From the NCBI RefSeq assembly GCF_009914755.1, contig NC_060926.1: a stretch of DNA of 64,000 nucleotides; one strand, 5' to 3'. This document shows, one piece after another, positions 10,980-25,068 of this stretch. The notes beneath the pieces were generated by a model that saw only the letters and a list, made by a program, of their open reading frames with translations, had not been told where the DNA came from and made no database searches. The translations under genes were made by a program, and so were the position numbers. Within the stretch, counting starts at the first letter, position 1, and the number at the start of each line of letters is the position of its first letter. Source of the DNA: the human T2T-CHM13v2.0 reference genome, Homo sapiens.

Positions 10980-13900
10980 GTGTTGAGCCTCTTAGGCTTT
11001 GGGACTCTTTGTCATGCAAGTTGATGGTATACATTATCTGGTGTTTATAAAGGATTAATCACATTAGGAGTATTTGGGAGAATTTACAGTGAGTCACTAG
11101 TTGTTCAGTGCTGTTTGTAATTGAATTCTTCCATGAAAGGGACAAGGAATCAAGGAAGCCATATAGCATCAATGATAATGACAAATGTTTGTGTTGAAAA
11201 GAGTGTGTATACCATTGTGGTTTTGGAAGAGTTTTCAGACCTTAGTATGTTCACACATCACCAGACTGTATCTCAGGAGAAGGTTTGTGTTTGTGAACAA
11301 GGTGCCCATTATTCCCCCACCACATGCCATCCAAAGAGATCGAGGTTAAAAGAATCAGACACACTAAAAACACAGTGGAAGCATGTCTAGGCATAATATA
11401 TCAGCCTTTTGAGATATTTATTAAAAACTTGTTCTTATACACTATTTTAATATGTCTAAAGTGACACATACCTTAATTTAAGTGCCTAAGATTTTAATTA
11501 ATATAATTTTTAATTACAAACACTTTTACTTTTTAATAAACACGAATATTTTAACTTACCAAAAGATTTAGAGATCACATTAATAATGTGGCTCATGTAT
11601 AGAGAAATCTGAATGTTTAGTTTTGAATGGTTAACTGATTAACATTCAGTTATCATAACAGTTAACCAGTGGTTAACTGAATGGTTACATTACTACTGAA
11701 TGGTTCTATAAAATGAAAAACATATTTACTTTGTCTTTTCATTTGACTGGCTTTTCTCTTTCATCTCATACACCTGACAGATTACCCAGGTTTGCAACAG
11801 TCTCATAATCTGATCCTGTATAACCTTTAAAATAAAATTCTGAAGCCAAAACCATATGATTTTTAGATTGTATTACTATTTTTGATCCTTTTTAAACTTT
11901 AGAATTTCAAGCTCCTTGGTTTAATTAATAGAAGTGAATTAGCTGGAAAAAGTCCATTTCTGATAGGAAAACATGTTAAGGGAAGCATTTCTTCTGTCTT
12001 TTTTTAGTTTTCTTTTATATTTTAGAAAAATTTTCAAATTTTTAAACTATGTACATAGAAATTTATAGATATTTTATATTTCGAAGAGTTTATAATGCTT
12101 CAAGATAATGAAGCTTCATTATAAACAGCTTAACTCATTTAATGCATCCTGCTCACATAGAGGTTGGTTTTATATCTCAAATCCTTCCTGCCAGACAAAG
12201 ATTAAGGTTTCAGAGGGCTTAATACTGGACTGTTGGTTTAATACTGAATGGTTGGTTGCAGTTTGTCCATAGAAGACCTAAATAAGCAGAACTGACTAAT
12301 ATTTAAAGAATGAAATTTGTAGGCAGGTTTCAATCTGAGTTTAGTATAATTATGTGTAAGAGGATGGCCACTCAAAGTATTTAGCACATCCTCTAAATAT
12401 AAATAGATCTGTATCTTAAATAGCCCGGCTCCCACCTCTTTAAGCCCATCATCGTTTAGCAAGCTTAAAAATGGCCACTAATGTATGGCCCTTATAGTTG
12501 TTTTAGACTTTACATAGCTCAGATGATAATTGCTAAGTATTGTCATGGCTGATTTTTTTTCTTAAAAGAGAGGAATTTGGATTATAACATTTTAAGCACA
12601 GAAGCTCTGGGTTGTGCCATTCAAGAAAAGGTTTCATGGGTATGTATATCATTAAAAAAAGTACTGTTTCTATAGTAAAAACCAAAGAGGCACAATGAAG
12701 TTGTAAGATTTGACTTCACTCACTTTAAAATTATTCTTAATCTGCAGGACATGCTCATATAATGCCCCATATATATCTTAGCAGATTGCAATTGAAGAGT
12801 AAGATCTTCAGTTCATATTGAAAGTGGCCATTTCTGTATTTATAATTTGAGTTAATCAGTACTGTTACATTTAAGGGAAGATTCACCTCATGATTTTTCT
12901 TTTGTTGAAAACCTTGTTGTAAAGAATTGATTTGCGAATTCCTGATGAGAGAAACTGGATTGGAGGGGTGTTAGGGATGGAGGCAGCGATAGGGGTGAGG
13001 AAAGTAAAGGGCTAAGGCTGGATGGTAGTAAAATTAAACTTGTCTATTTTATAGAAGTTCCCATATGCTTCAGAATTTCATATCAAATATTGCAAATACT
13101 TGTTCTTTTTACTGATATTTGCAAGATGGATATATATGTTGTTTCCAGAGCTCTCAGGTATTTATAAGTAGCTCAACCTAAATTAAATAAATTGTCACCA
13201 ACCTATTTACACTCTACATTTTATTATGCCTAAAGAGTCAGTGATGATAAATTCGGAATTAGAGAAGTAATAACCTCCAGAAGCACCTTACTGGGTCACC
13301 ATCCTTTTGATCAAAGGGTGTCATCAGTACAGAACTTAAGTATTATGTCATTTAATTTACAGTGCTTTGGCTAATTTTATTTAACTTAATTAATTTAACA
13401 TCTTGAATTAGGTTGGTTACATTTTGACTGTTTTTACAGTCAAGGAAACTTGTAGAAACACAGCAAAGCTAGTGACCTTCACACTTTCACGCATGAACAT
13501 AAATGAGCTCATAAGATCATCGTCTCTTTTTGTTGCGTTTCAAAGGCGTTTACCTATCTTGGAGTAAGATCTAACATTTCTGACCTTGATAGGATAATCA
13601 TAGATAACATACTTTTAAATGAATTTACAGAGAAAAATAAATTTTATTTGTCCTACTATGTGTATAATATGTCTGTTTTGAAAAGCACCTAGTATACAAA
13701 CACTAATATTGTAATACCAGTATAATTCAAATCATCTTTTTTTTTTTGGAGGGGAGTTTATTTAAAGTGTTGGCCAAAAAATGTTATTTATAACACTTGG
13801 TTGGATCTTTTTTTAAAAATTTCTTTTCATTGTTGTTCACTGTTCAAAAGGTACATCGCCAGGTTGGATCTTTTTATTTACTAATGTAAACTGAACAAGT

Positions 13901-15250
13901 TTGAAGGTGGTTGTCCCCTATTAGTGCATCGTGCCCCAGTGGTGGGAGCTATAGTTGTTTGAGCCATGGTACTGTCTTTGGTCAGGGCACACTCTTCATT
14001 TCTAAACCATGGTTCATTGCTTTGAGAGGCTGTTATTTTAGTGTTAGTCTTTGAATATTGGTTTGAAAATATTACAGTTACTATTTTTTATGATTGGTAT
14101 TAGGACTTATGGATTTGCTAAAACAAAATCATCTTGTCTCAATAACGTTTTCTCTCTTTCCCACCACATTCTTCCTTCCTGAATTTTAATATGTGTTATA
14201 CCACATCATCAGTTATATCTTGCTTTCCAGGATTGTTGTGAATGCTTGTATGTGAGATGCTTTTACATAAGGGCTAGGATTTGGAGATAATTCTGCGGTG
14301 GGGAAACAACTTTCTCTCCTTCCTTCTCCATGCCAGCCTCTTCCCCTACCCCCATGTATAAAATGTGATTTGTCAGATCCTTTCTAGATACTATGAATCG
14401 TGGATTTAGATATGGTAGTCTTCCTCTAACCCCCTTTTGCAGAACATAAACATTTCTCATCCTCTGTTCATACAATTTTTTACTTTAGTCACATGAAAAC
14501 ATTGTGAGAATGGAATCTTGTTCCATTAACGTTAACCTTGGTGGTGTAGAAATTAGGACATGAAGCATGTCACTTTCAGTGTAAAATATGTCAAGGAACT
14601 TCATTTCTTTCATCAATTCCTGACAATTGCTAATGTAGTAATGCACTTTAGTTGCTTTGAGCACTTTGGGCTGGTGAGAAGGGAAATACATAGTGTCTTT
14701 GTTAAAAGAATGAGTGAAGAGAAGAGAAAATTTTAAAAGAAATTGGTGAAAGGAAAATAACTTTGGCTTTTTTATTGTTATTTTTATACTGAAGTAGACA
14801 AACAATTGTTCCTGTTCTTCCTGAAGGAATTGTTGTCACAATTTTATTATTATTAGATAATTACCTAAGCTTCTGTGTTACAAGCTGTGGCCTCAGTTCT
14901 AGGTGGTGGTGCTTGAGTGAACATTTTACATTTTGTTCCTGACAGCTGGCCAGCATTGTGTTTATATTGGCATGGAAAAGAGATATCTGATTCAGAGAAC
15001 AGTGTTTTCCAAGGATTGTGACTGAAGACTTCCTTAATGGTGTAATAATGTACCTCCTCATAAAAACAGGTTTGACAGCTGTAGCTCATTTTTTGTTGTT
15101 GAAGGAAGTTTTATTTGTTTTGTTTTTAACTACTTTTAATAAAGAATTGAGATCCAGTGTATGATTAAGATTTGTAAGAAATTGCAGATTCCTTAATAAA
15201 GCTCGCATCTACAGACATGACTAATCATTGATAATAATAAATGCAAAATA
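10980..15250 (+). other. EPB41L5: Probable long AU-rich 3'UTR of the short isoform with several candidate polyA signals
   Basis: Repeat-free AT-rich sequence after the stop. AATAAA occurs at 11535, 11831, 13186, 13636, 15138 and 15195. The true 3' end cannot be determined from sequence alone. Confidence 0.55.
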
Positions 15251-16080
15251 TTTTAAATTATTAGGGGTAGAGTTAAAAAATGAAAAATAAAAGGTTATGA
15301 TAATAGGAAGATGATTGCTGGCTTGATTTACCTTGTGGAACTAGTTAGAGGAGTATTCAGATAAATTGTGGAAAACATTAGAGGATGCAAAATACCACTG
15401 GAATTTATACCCATTAACAGAGAAGAGTTTCTTATTACAAAACTGTATTTGTAGCCCCACCAATAGCTTCAGGAATTATTTAATTATAAACTGTAGAAGT
15501 TTGGAGATAAGACCTGTGTTTAATAACTCGCATTAAATCTTTCTGGGGACATCATCAGCAAAACTCTTGGATAATTAGAAAGACCTGGGAAGATTGGGTT
15601 CTCTGGAATATCCAGGTTATCACTTTGAAATTTCACAATCATGTTGGAATAATAACATTAAAATATTTGAGTAGTAAAGGCATTGAATATCAGTCTGAGT
15701 CATCCACATTTGGTAAGGAGGCCTGGGGCATTTGTTGCAGTGAAAGATTTCAGGAATCTTGTATTGATATCTCTTTTTTTGATTCATCTTATTTGTTGGA
15801 CACCTACCAGAGTACCTCATTGGGTCTTCTTTATACACAGCCACTTATCATTATGCCTTTCCACATACCCTTGAATTTCTTGACCCTCTTCCTGTTGTAT
15901 GCATCTGGTTAAATCCAACTCTGTATACTCTGCATATAGATGGTGAATGTGAAATACACACAAAATTTTTGAGTGGTCTTTAAATTTTGACCACTAAGCT
16001 CAAGTGAGCCTTCAATGCTCCCTGATACCATATTACATTTCCTTAATCTATTTGTTCTCCTACAATGCTGGGCTGACTTT

Positions 16081-16124
16081 CTCCTCTTACAAACCACTTC
16101 CTCCTCTTACAAACCACTTCCTCC
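16081..16124 (+). repeat. Perfect 20-bp tandem duplication (CTCCTCTTACAAACCACTTC)x2
   Basis: Directly visible. Confidence 0.95.
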
Positions 16125-17374
16125 CTTCCTACTCTGTTCTCAGCTGATGACCTTGCTTCCTACTTTATTGAAAACATAAGCAATCAGAAGAGGTCTTCTC
16201 TGTACTCCCACCATTTTATCAGTGAACTTACCTGCATTTGGGAATTTGTTCCTTGCTTTCCCTGCTGTTACTCTAGGTGAACCATCCATACTCTAAGGCC
16301 CAGGTCCTCACTAGTCATTTAGATCCTCACCTCAAGTTACTCAAGACCATCATTTGAGCAATCCTCCGTTTTGTTCTACTGCATCGGTTTTCCCTTTCTA
16401 CTGAAGTATTCTCATCAGAACAAAAACTTCCTAAGATAGCTCACATCATTTAAAAAAGAACTCCCTTGAATCTACCTCTTTTGGCAATTCCTCCATTTTT
16501 TTGTTTCACAGGTAGCAAAACTGTTTGCTTTGTAAGAATTGTCTATACTTGCTATCTCTTCTTTCTCTTAATCTCTTGAACCCATTCTAATCAAACATTG
16601 TCCCTGACACAGAGGACTGGGTATGATTGTGCAGATTGCATACTGTACAAGAGTGCCACATTTAGGAGAATGATGTTCACATAATTTATGACAGTGATTT
16701 TCCAGCAGATGGCACTAAGTGTCTTGTTCCGAAAAGATTAGTGTATTTGACAATTTTGCAAATTGGATGTGTCTTTTCAGAGGAGCATTGTTTTAATCCA
16801 TATAAAGGCTCTGCCTTGAGTTAATAGTGTTATGCTACTACTCCACCAAAATAGCTTTATTAGATCACAAATGACCTGCATATTTCTAATCCCACAGTCC
16901 ATCTTTTAGTCAGCTTAATTAGCATTCAGAAATCGCTCACTTCACGAAATTGTCATCACCTAGCTTAGAGATGTCACTATTTTTTATTGTCTTCTAACCT
17001 CCCTTCTAACACGCCATTGTCTTCTAACAAGCCATTGTTTTTAATCCCCTTTGCTAATGCCTACTTATCTCTCCAACCCCTAAACTCTGTTTAAGGAACT
17101 TTCCCGTAACAATTTATTCCCTTTGTAATATCATCCAGCATTATGGTTTTAAATGCTATCTATACACACTGGCAATTTCTCAGTTTATATCATCACCCTG
17201 AACTTTTAAATTTCCACACTTACATATCCAACTGCCTATCTGACATTTCTACTTAGGCATCTAATATAGGCATCTCATTTTAAATATTCTTTATTTTGAG
17301 GTAATGTTCAGCTTACAGAACAGTTTCAGGGATAGTACAGAAATTCCCACACCCTCCTGCCCTACCTTCCCCTA

Positions 17375-17680
<306 letters not shown>

Positions 17681-18139
17681 CCCTGTTGTTAACACTCCAC
17701 ATACATTCCATAACTTGTACCAATGTTAATTTCTTAGATTTTGTTTGTTTCACAAAACCTAAGAAATTAACATTGGTACAATACCACAAACTAAACTGGA
17801 CCTTACTCAGGTTTCACTAGTCTTTCCACAAATTTTCCAGGATCTGACCCGAGATCCCATGTTACATTTAGTCCCCTTCAGCCTGTGACAGCCATTCCAT
17901 GTTTTTCATGGTTGGCCAGATGCCTTGTGGAATATTTCTTGATTTGGGTTTGTGTGGTATTTTCACATGATTAGTTTGAGGCCACGGATTTGGGAGAAAA
18001 TACTGCAGAAGTGATATTGGGCATCCCGAATTTAATATGTTCAAAATTGGACAAATATATCTCCTGACCCCTGCAGTTTTTCCCATCTTTGTGGTTTTTG
18101 TAGCTTCGTAAGTGGCAGTTCTCTTTTTCGTGTTGCTAA

Positions 18140-18258
18140 GCGTGTCTTGGGCTCTACTTTAGACCTGCTGAATCAGAAACACTGGAAGTGAGGTCCAGCA
18201 ATCTGTTTCACATGCCCTCCTGGAGATTCTGATGCATACTGAAGTTTGAGAAGCACTG
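18140..18258. mobile_element. MER5A-like hAT-Charlie fragment
   Basis: agacctgctgaatcagaaacactgg...gattctgatgcatactgaagtttgagaagcactg. Confidence 0.75.
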
Positions 18259-18910
18259 ACTTAGACCAGAGCACCTTATAGTCATCTTGACTCCTCTTTG
18301 TCTCACACTCCAGATTTCTTTCAGAATCAGTAAATTCTGTCAGTTCTGTCTTCAAAATGTATCCAGGTCTACTGCTTGTTACCATCTTTACTGCTCCCAT
18401 CCTGTTTCCATTTGTTGTCAGCCCTGCTCTCTTACCTGGCCTCCTTGCCATTGCCCTTGCTCCTCTACTGTCTGGTACTCCTTTCAGCAGCTGTAGTGAT
18501 AACAGCAGATCATGTCATTTCTCTGCTTACACCTGCCAGCGTCCTTGTCTCGGAGTAAAACCTCAGATCCTCACATTGATAGAAACATGCTTTTTCCTCC
18601 CTTTATCTTCTGTCAATCCTGACCTTGCTTACATCCAAAGACTCATCTTCTTATACTTGCTCAAACATACCAAGCATGTTCTCTCAGGATCTTTGTACTT
18701 TTACTGCTTCCTGAGTATTCCTCCCTTCAATCTCTTATGGTTCATTCCGGCACCATCAGGTTTCTTATTGGAGAAGCCTTTCCTGACCACTCTGAAATAA
18801 TCATGTTCCCCGCCCCCTGCCCAGTCTTCTTTTTATTTCCTGTCTGCCTTACCCTGCTTTATTTTTTCTCACTCCTTTCATCTTAGTATGTGTTTGTTTG
18901 TCCTCTCTAT

Positions 18911-19040
18911 ACAGATAGTCCCTTATGATGATTCTTAGGATTTTTCAACTTTATGATGGGTTTATGAGAGTATTAAGTGCATTTTTGACTTACGATGGGT
19001 TTCTCAGGACATAACCCTATTGGGTAAGTCAGAGTGTCTG
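18911..19040 (-). mobile_element. Short MER47-like (TcMar-Tigger) element
   Basis: ttttcaactttatgatgggtt and gtattaagtgcatttttgacttacgatgggttt, shared with the MER47 copy at 21 kb. Confidence 0.6.
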
Positions 19041-19487
19041 TTTTTCAACAGAATGTACGCTCCGTTAAGGGAGAGCATTTATTTTGTTTCCTTCTGTATC
19101 CTCAGACACTCCATATATATTATTTGATTGAATCAATGAATACCAAGCATGTCTTGGCACATCTGGTGATGCAGAAATAGTCAAAATACTGTTCTTGGCT
19201 TCAAGAAATTTATACTCAAACTGTGGAGATAAACAGTTTTACAAATAACTGATAAAGTGCTAAATCCAGCAAGCAAGAAGAGTAGAAGTGGTTGAAGTTA
19301 AGAAGGCTTCTTGGCATTTGCATCAGGTTTCCAGTGAAACAGAAAGGAGCTTTGAATGGATAAATCATTACGGGCCCAGGGACCTATAGGAAAAGAAAAT
19401 TCTAAAGTAGCTAAGTGCAAGGTGTAGTCCAGGAATGATGAATCAGGTTTGAGTAAAGAGTATAGAATTTATGGGAAGGTATCGTGA

Positions 19488-19700
19488 TAATAATAGCTAA
19501 TACTTGAGTGCTTCTGTGCCAGACATTGTTCTGGAGGTACAGCAGTAAGTATTCACTCTAGCAAAGCATCCTCATTTAATCCTTATGAGGATCTATAAGG
19601 TATTCAGGCTAGTGAAGAAATGAAGGCACAGAACAATGAGGCTGGGCTTCAAACTCAAGACAGCTTAGTCCTAGAACCCAGCCTTGGCTACTGTACTGCC
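19488..19700 (-). mobile_element. MIR
   Basis: ataatagctaatacttgagtgcttctgtgccagacattg...ctcatttaatcc. Confidence 0.65.
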
Positions 19701-20276
19701 TCCATAACTCTGTAAAGGTTGTTGGGGTCCAGATTGTAGAGAGTAAAAAGGAATGTAATAATTCTATTTTAGGGGGCAGTGTGAAGAATGAATTCCAATT
19801 GGTGGAAGACTGGATTGTATTATAAAAATATGCTGCCTCCATTCTATGTAATTGTTAAAGAATCAGGTCAGTTTTCATGTACTTTTACTAGAGGATATCA
19901 GTGACACTGTTGAGTTTAAAACTTAAGTGTCTGAGGTTTGTTCCCATTTTTGTGAAAGCAACCAAATCATGTATATATTAGTAAGTGCACGCACACATGC
20001 AAGAACCTAACTAGATAAACAGGCTTTCAGAAAATGGGAGTGAGGGTAACATTGCTTTTCTTAGCTATCATTCACAACTTTAACAATAAATTACTCCAAA
20101 GTATGGAAGGAGACAAGGAAAACTGCTTCAGTTTACACAGGCAAGTGTCCATGAAAAGTAAGGAAATAGGTAGAAGAAAGAATGTCTTTACATATTTCTT
20201 TATACATTCTTGAGAGATGGATATGAACTAAGACATTACCAAAGCCACAGATTAATAATATTATGTGTAACTACGT

Positions 20277-22140
20277 TTAAAAAAATTTAAGTGTATAATT
20301 CAGTGGGTTTAGTTTATTCACAAAGGTGTACAACCATCACCACTATTTAATTCCATAACATTTTTATCCCCAAAAGAAACCTCTTTCCTATTAGCAGTTA
20401 CTATCAATTATTCCTTCCTACTAGCCCCTGGCAAACACTAATTTCCTTTGTGTTTCTATAGATTTGCCCATTCTGGAAATTTCCTAAAAGTAGAATCATA
20501 CAGTGGGTGTTCTTTTGTGTCTGACTTTCACTTGGTATGGTGTTTTCAAGGTCATCTGTTTTAGCATGTATTAGTACTTGATTCCTTTTAATGGCTTAAT
20601 AATATTCCCTTGTATGATGCCCAGTGTTTTATTTATCCATTGTCAGTTGATAGATATTTGAATTTCTGCTTTTTGTGAATGATGCTATGAACATTGAGGT
20701 GTAGGTTTTGTATGAACATGTGTTCTCAATTGTCATGGTTATATCCATAGGAGTGAAATTATTGGGTCATATAGTAACTCTATTTTTAACATGTTGAGGA
20801 ACTGCCAAATTGTTTTTCAGAGTGGCCACACCATGTGGGTTCCAGTTTTTCCACATCTTCACCAACACTTACTATTGCCTGTCTTTTTTATTATAGGCAT
20901 CCTAGTTGTGAAGTAGTGTATTGTGGAGCTGGATGATGTTAGTATATTTTGATCTGCTTATTGACTTTTTGCTTATCTTCTTTAGAGAAGTATCTACAGA
21001 CAGTTTCCAACTTAATGGCTTGACTTAAGAGTTTTCAACTTATGATGGTGTGAAACTGTTGTAATTTTGACATAATGTTGAAATTTGAATTTTGATCTTT
21101 TCCTGGGCTGTAATATGTGGTACATAAGATATTGAACACTTTGTTTAAAAATAGGCTTTGTGTTAGATGATTTTGTCAAACTGCAGGCTAATGTAAGTGT
21201 TCTGAGCACAGTTAATGTAGGCTCGGGTAAGCTATAATGCTCTGTAGGTTTGCTGTATTAAGTGCATTTTCAATTTACATTATCAGGATATAACCCCATC
21301 ATCAGTTGAAGAGCACCTGCATTTCATTCTTTGCCCATTTAAAAAATCTGGTTATTTGTCCTTTTATTATTGAATTGTGAGAGTTCTTTATATATTTAAG
21401 ATATAAGTCCATTAGCAGATACATACTTTTGAAAATTTTTTTATTCTGTGCAGTATGGTTGGTTTTGGAGAATGTTCCGTTTGTACTTGAGATGAATGTA
21501 TATTCTGTTAGTGGAGCATTCTGTGTATGCCTGTTCAGTCTTTGGTTTATGATACTGTTCATCTTCTGTTTATTTATTGATCAGAAGATAAACTTATCTA
21601 GTTTTTCTGCTCATAAAGTGAAAGAACTATTGTTGTCTATCTCTAAACTTCTGATTTAGCTTTATGTGTTTGGGTACTCTGGTTTTAGTTATATGTATGT
21701 TTATAATTGTAATATTTTCTTGATGATTTTCCTTTTGTCATTGTAAAATGTCCTTCTTTGTCTTTAGCAACAATTTTTATCTTACAGTTTCTTTTGCTTG
21801 ATGTTAGTATAGCCACTTCATCCCTTTTTTCGTTAGTGTTTGGATGGTACATTTTTTCCTTTTTATTTCAGTCTTTTTGTGTGTTAGAATCTGAAGTGTA
21901 TCCCTTCTAGACAGCATACAGTTGGATCATGTTTTTTAATTCATTTTGCCAATCTCTGTCTTTTAATTGGACAGTTTAACATTTACATTCAGTGTACTTA
22001 CTGATAAGGAAGGACTTATGCTGTTTCATTTGTTTCTGTATGTCATGTCTTTTTTTGTTTCTCACTTCTTCCATTACTGCCTTTTGTGTTAAGTAGATAT
22101 GTTCTGGTGTACCATTTCAGTTCTTTTTTCTTTCTCTTAC
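20277..22140 (-). mobile_element. L1M(B)-type fragments (3' end and ORF2)
   Basis: tttaagtgtataattcagtgg...aaccatcaccactat; gaggaactgccaaattgtttt. Confidence 0.75.
20997..21320 (-). mobile_element. MER47A-like Tigger DNA transposon inserted in L1
   Basis: aggctttgtgttagatgattttg...ctaatgtaagtgttctgagcac...gagcacctg. Confidence 0.75.
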
Positions 22141-22428
22141 TATTTTATTTATTTGTTTTTTGAGACGGAGTCTCACTCTGTCACCCAGCCGGGAGTGCAG
22201 TGGCACGATCTCGGCTCACTGCAACCTCCACCTCCTGCCTCAGCCTCCTGAGTAGCTGGGATTACAGGTGTCCACCACCATGCCTGGCTAATTTTTATTT
22301 TTTTATTTTTAGTAGAGACGGGGTTTCACCATGTTGGTCAGGCTGGTCTCGAACTCCTGACCTTGTGATCCGCCTGCCTCGGCCTCCCAAAGTGCTGGAA
22401 TTACAGACATGAGCCACCATGCCTGGCC
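22141..22428 (-). mobile_element. Alu (AluS-like) with a small internal deletion
   Basis: gcaacctccacctcctgcctcagcc lacks the usual gggttcaagcgattctcct segment. Confidence 0.9.
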
Positions 22429-22482
22429 CTCTCTATTTTAAAACATTGTTTTCTTAATGGTTACCCTGGGGATTATAATTAA

Positions 22483-22849
<367 letters not shown>

Positions 22850-23267
22850 TACAATTAACATTTTAATTTAAAACAATCTAGTTTGGATTATTTGGACATT
22901 AAATACCAATTTAATGTCAGTAGTACATGTAAACTTTGCTTCTATAGAGCTTTGTCTCCCACTTTGTGCTGTTTTTCTCTTACAGAATATGTCTCTGTGC
23001 ATTGTATGCCCATCAACATAGATTTAAAATTTAGAAAAAACATTTTTCCAGTATTCTCATCATTTCATCCAGCTTTCACAATGATTCTGCAGTGCGCTTT
23101 CCTTTTCCTATATGATTGAAGGAGGTAATTGAGTCTTCTGCACCAATCTGGTTCTTAACCTCAAATTTAGGAAGATTAGGAAAAGCCTTATACTGGAAAC
23201 TTAAACATGAAAATAATGTTTCTTGCCAAAAGAAGGAAAATTTTCTTAAAAGTAATGATGAATGGCG

Positions 23268-23565
23268 TTTTGTTTTTTGAGATAGGGTCTTGCTCTCTCT
23301 TCCAGTCTGGAGTGCAGTGGTTTGATCATGGCTCACTGCAGCCTCAATCTCCTAGACTCAAGTAATCTCACTTCAGCCTCCCAAGTAGCTAGGACTATAG
23401 GCACATGCTACCACACCTGGCTAATTTTTTTATTTTTTTTTATTTTTTGTAGAGATACAGTCTCCTCTGTTGCTCAGGCTAGTCTTGAACTCCTGAGCTC
23501 AAGTGATCCTCCCACCTCAGCCTCCCAAAGTGTTGGGATTATAGGCATGAGCCACTATATCTACC
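23268..23565 (-). mobile_element. Alu (AluJ-like)
   Basis: gagatagggtcttgctct...ggcatgagccact. Confidence 0.88.
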
Positions 23566-25068
23566 TAAATGTAGTAAGTCTTTATGCTACTGCTGAAAAA
23601 AAGAATGAATGTCAAAATACACTAGTGTGTTTGTGAAAACAGTACCAACTGGGAATTTGCGTAATATAAAAATTCAAAAGGATTTTTCCATTTAAAGCTT
23701 CTACTAGAAAATAATAAAAACATCTTGGATGTTACCCTTGAAAATATTTTTCATTTGCCCTTAATTTTAAAAATTTATTGTGAAATAAATATATAGAGAA
23801 AAGTTTATAAAAAATACAGTTCCAGTTTGAGTATCTTTCTTCAGGTTAAGAAATAGAAATTACCACTTCTTTAGAAGTTCTTCTGGTCTCTTAATCCAAA
23901 TTCATGCCAACACTCTAACTCCCAAGTGAGTTGCCAGGGTTCATTGCCTTCCCCAATGCCTTATTCCTATCTCCCTTCTTCCCTGCGAGAAACCTGGCTT
24001 CTATTTGGTTAATATGTGCTAAACAGTTTCAGAATTGCTATACCCATGCCACTGTCAACAACAAATCTAAGTGACATTTAGTATTTCTTCATGGTTCTCC
24101 TTTTTAGACAGAGTATATAGTTGAAGTATTGCACTTCAAATTTACTTGGATTAGTACCCTTTCCTCCTCAGTGTGATTATGGTATTTATTTGGTCGTAGA
24201 TGAATTTTAATTTTTCTAGATATTGCCTGACTCTCCTTCATTGAGGATTCTGCATTTGACCAGCAGAGTATGAGAGTGCTTCTACCTCTCATAGCCTCAC
24301 TGACAAAGGATCAAGAAAGACTGGGATTTTTGCCAATCTGAAAAACAATATATGGTATCTAAGTGTGTGTTTTTTTCCTTAGAGCTTTATGGAGGTACAC
24401 TTGGTGCAATAAAGTGCATCTTTAAAGTGTTTTGAGTTTGGACACAGACCCGTGAAACCAACACCATAATCAAGATTCATGATGAATATGTTCCACGTAG
24501 TTTTCATTTAAATCCCTCTCAGTAGCATATTTGTCTGTTTAAGAGCCATTTGCATTTTTTCCATAAATTGCTTGTTCCTCTCCCCCTGCCCCCTCCCCAT
24601 TTTTAAACAAGGCTGTTGGCCTTTTTCTTCTCTACTTTTAAGAAGCTTTTTTGTGGATAATTGGGATATTAACTCTGTGTATTTAAGCTGCAAAAATATA
24701 TTTTCAGTTTTTCACTGTTTACTTTTAGTATTTTTCTGTGCAAAAGTTTTAAAAGTTTTTATATAAGCAGATTGATCCGTTTTTTCTTTAATAGTTTCTG
24801 GAATTTAATAGAGTTTTCCTCACTGCTACATTTTAGAGGAATTCAGCTATCCTTGCCTCCAGCACTGTATGGGTTAATTTTCTTACATTTGAATCTCAGA
24901 TCCATTTTGAAACTTGGTTTAAGATAGGAGTAATGAAATCTAATTTTGTTATTTTCCAGATGGCTTTCCAATTATGTCAACCTCACTTTTCAAGAAATTC
25001 ATCATGGTGCTGAGGCAACTGTATGTCCACATAGAAAAGAATAAAATTGTACCCCCGTCTCAGACCTA

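Noticed and set aside
10693-11034. Overlapping ORFs 10693-10917 (+), 10722-10958 (-) and 10756-11034 (-)
   Set aside because: Alternative frames over the real terminal exon, whose frame is entered by splicing at 10799.
13799-13875. GGTTGGATCTTTTT repeated twice 63 nt apart
   Set aside because: Short and partly homopolymeric; not enough to support a function.
18357-18800. 147-aa hydrophobic ORF
   Set aside because: Lies in pyrimidine-rich L2 sequence; the hydrophobicity reflects base composition.
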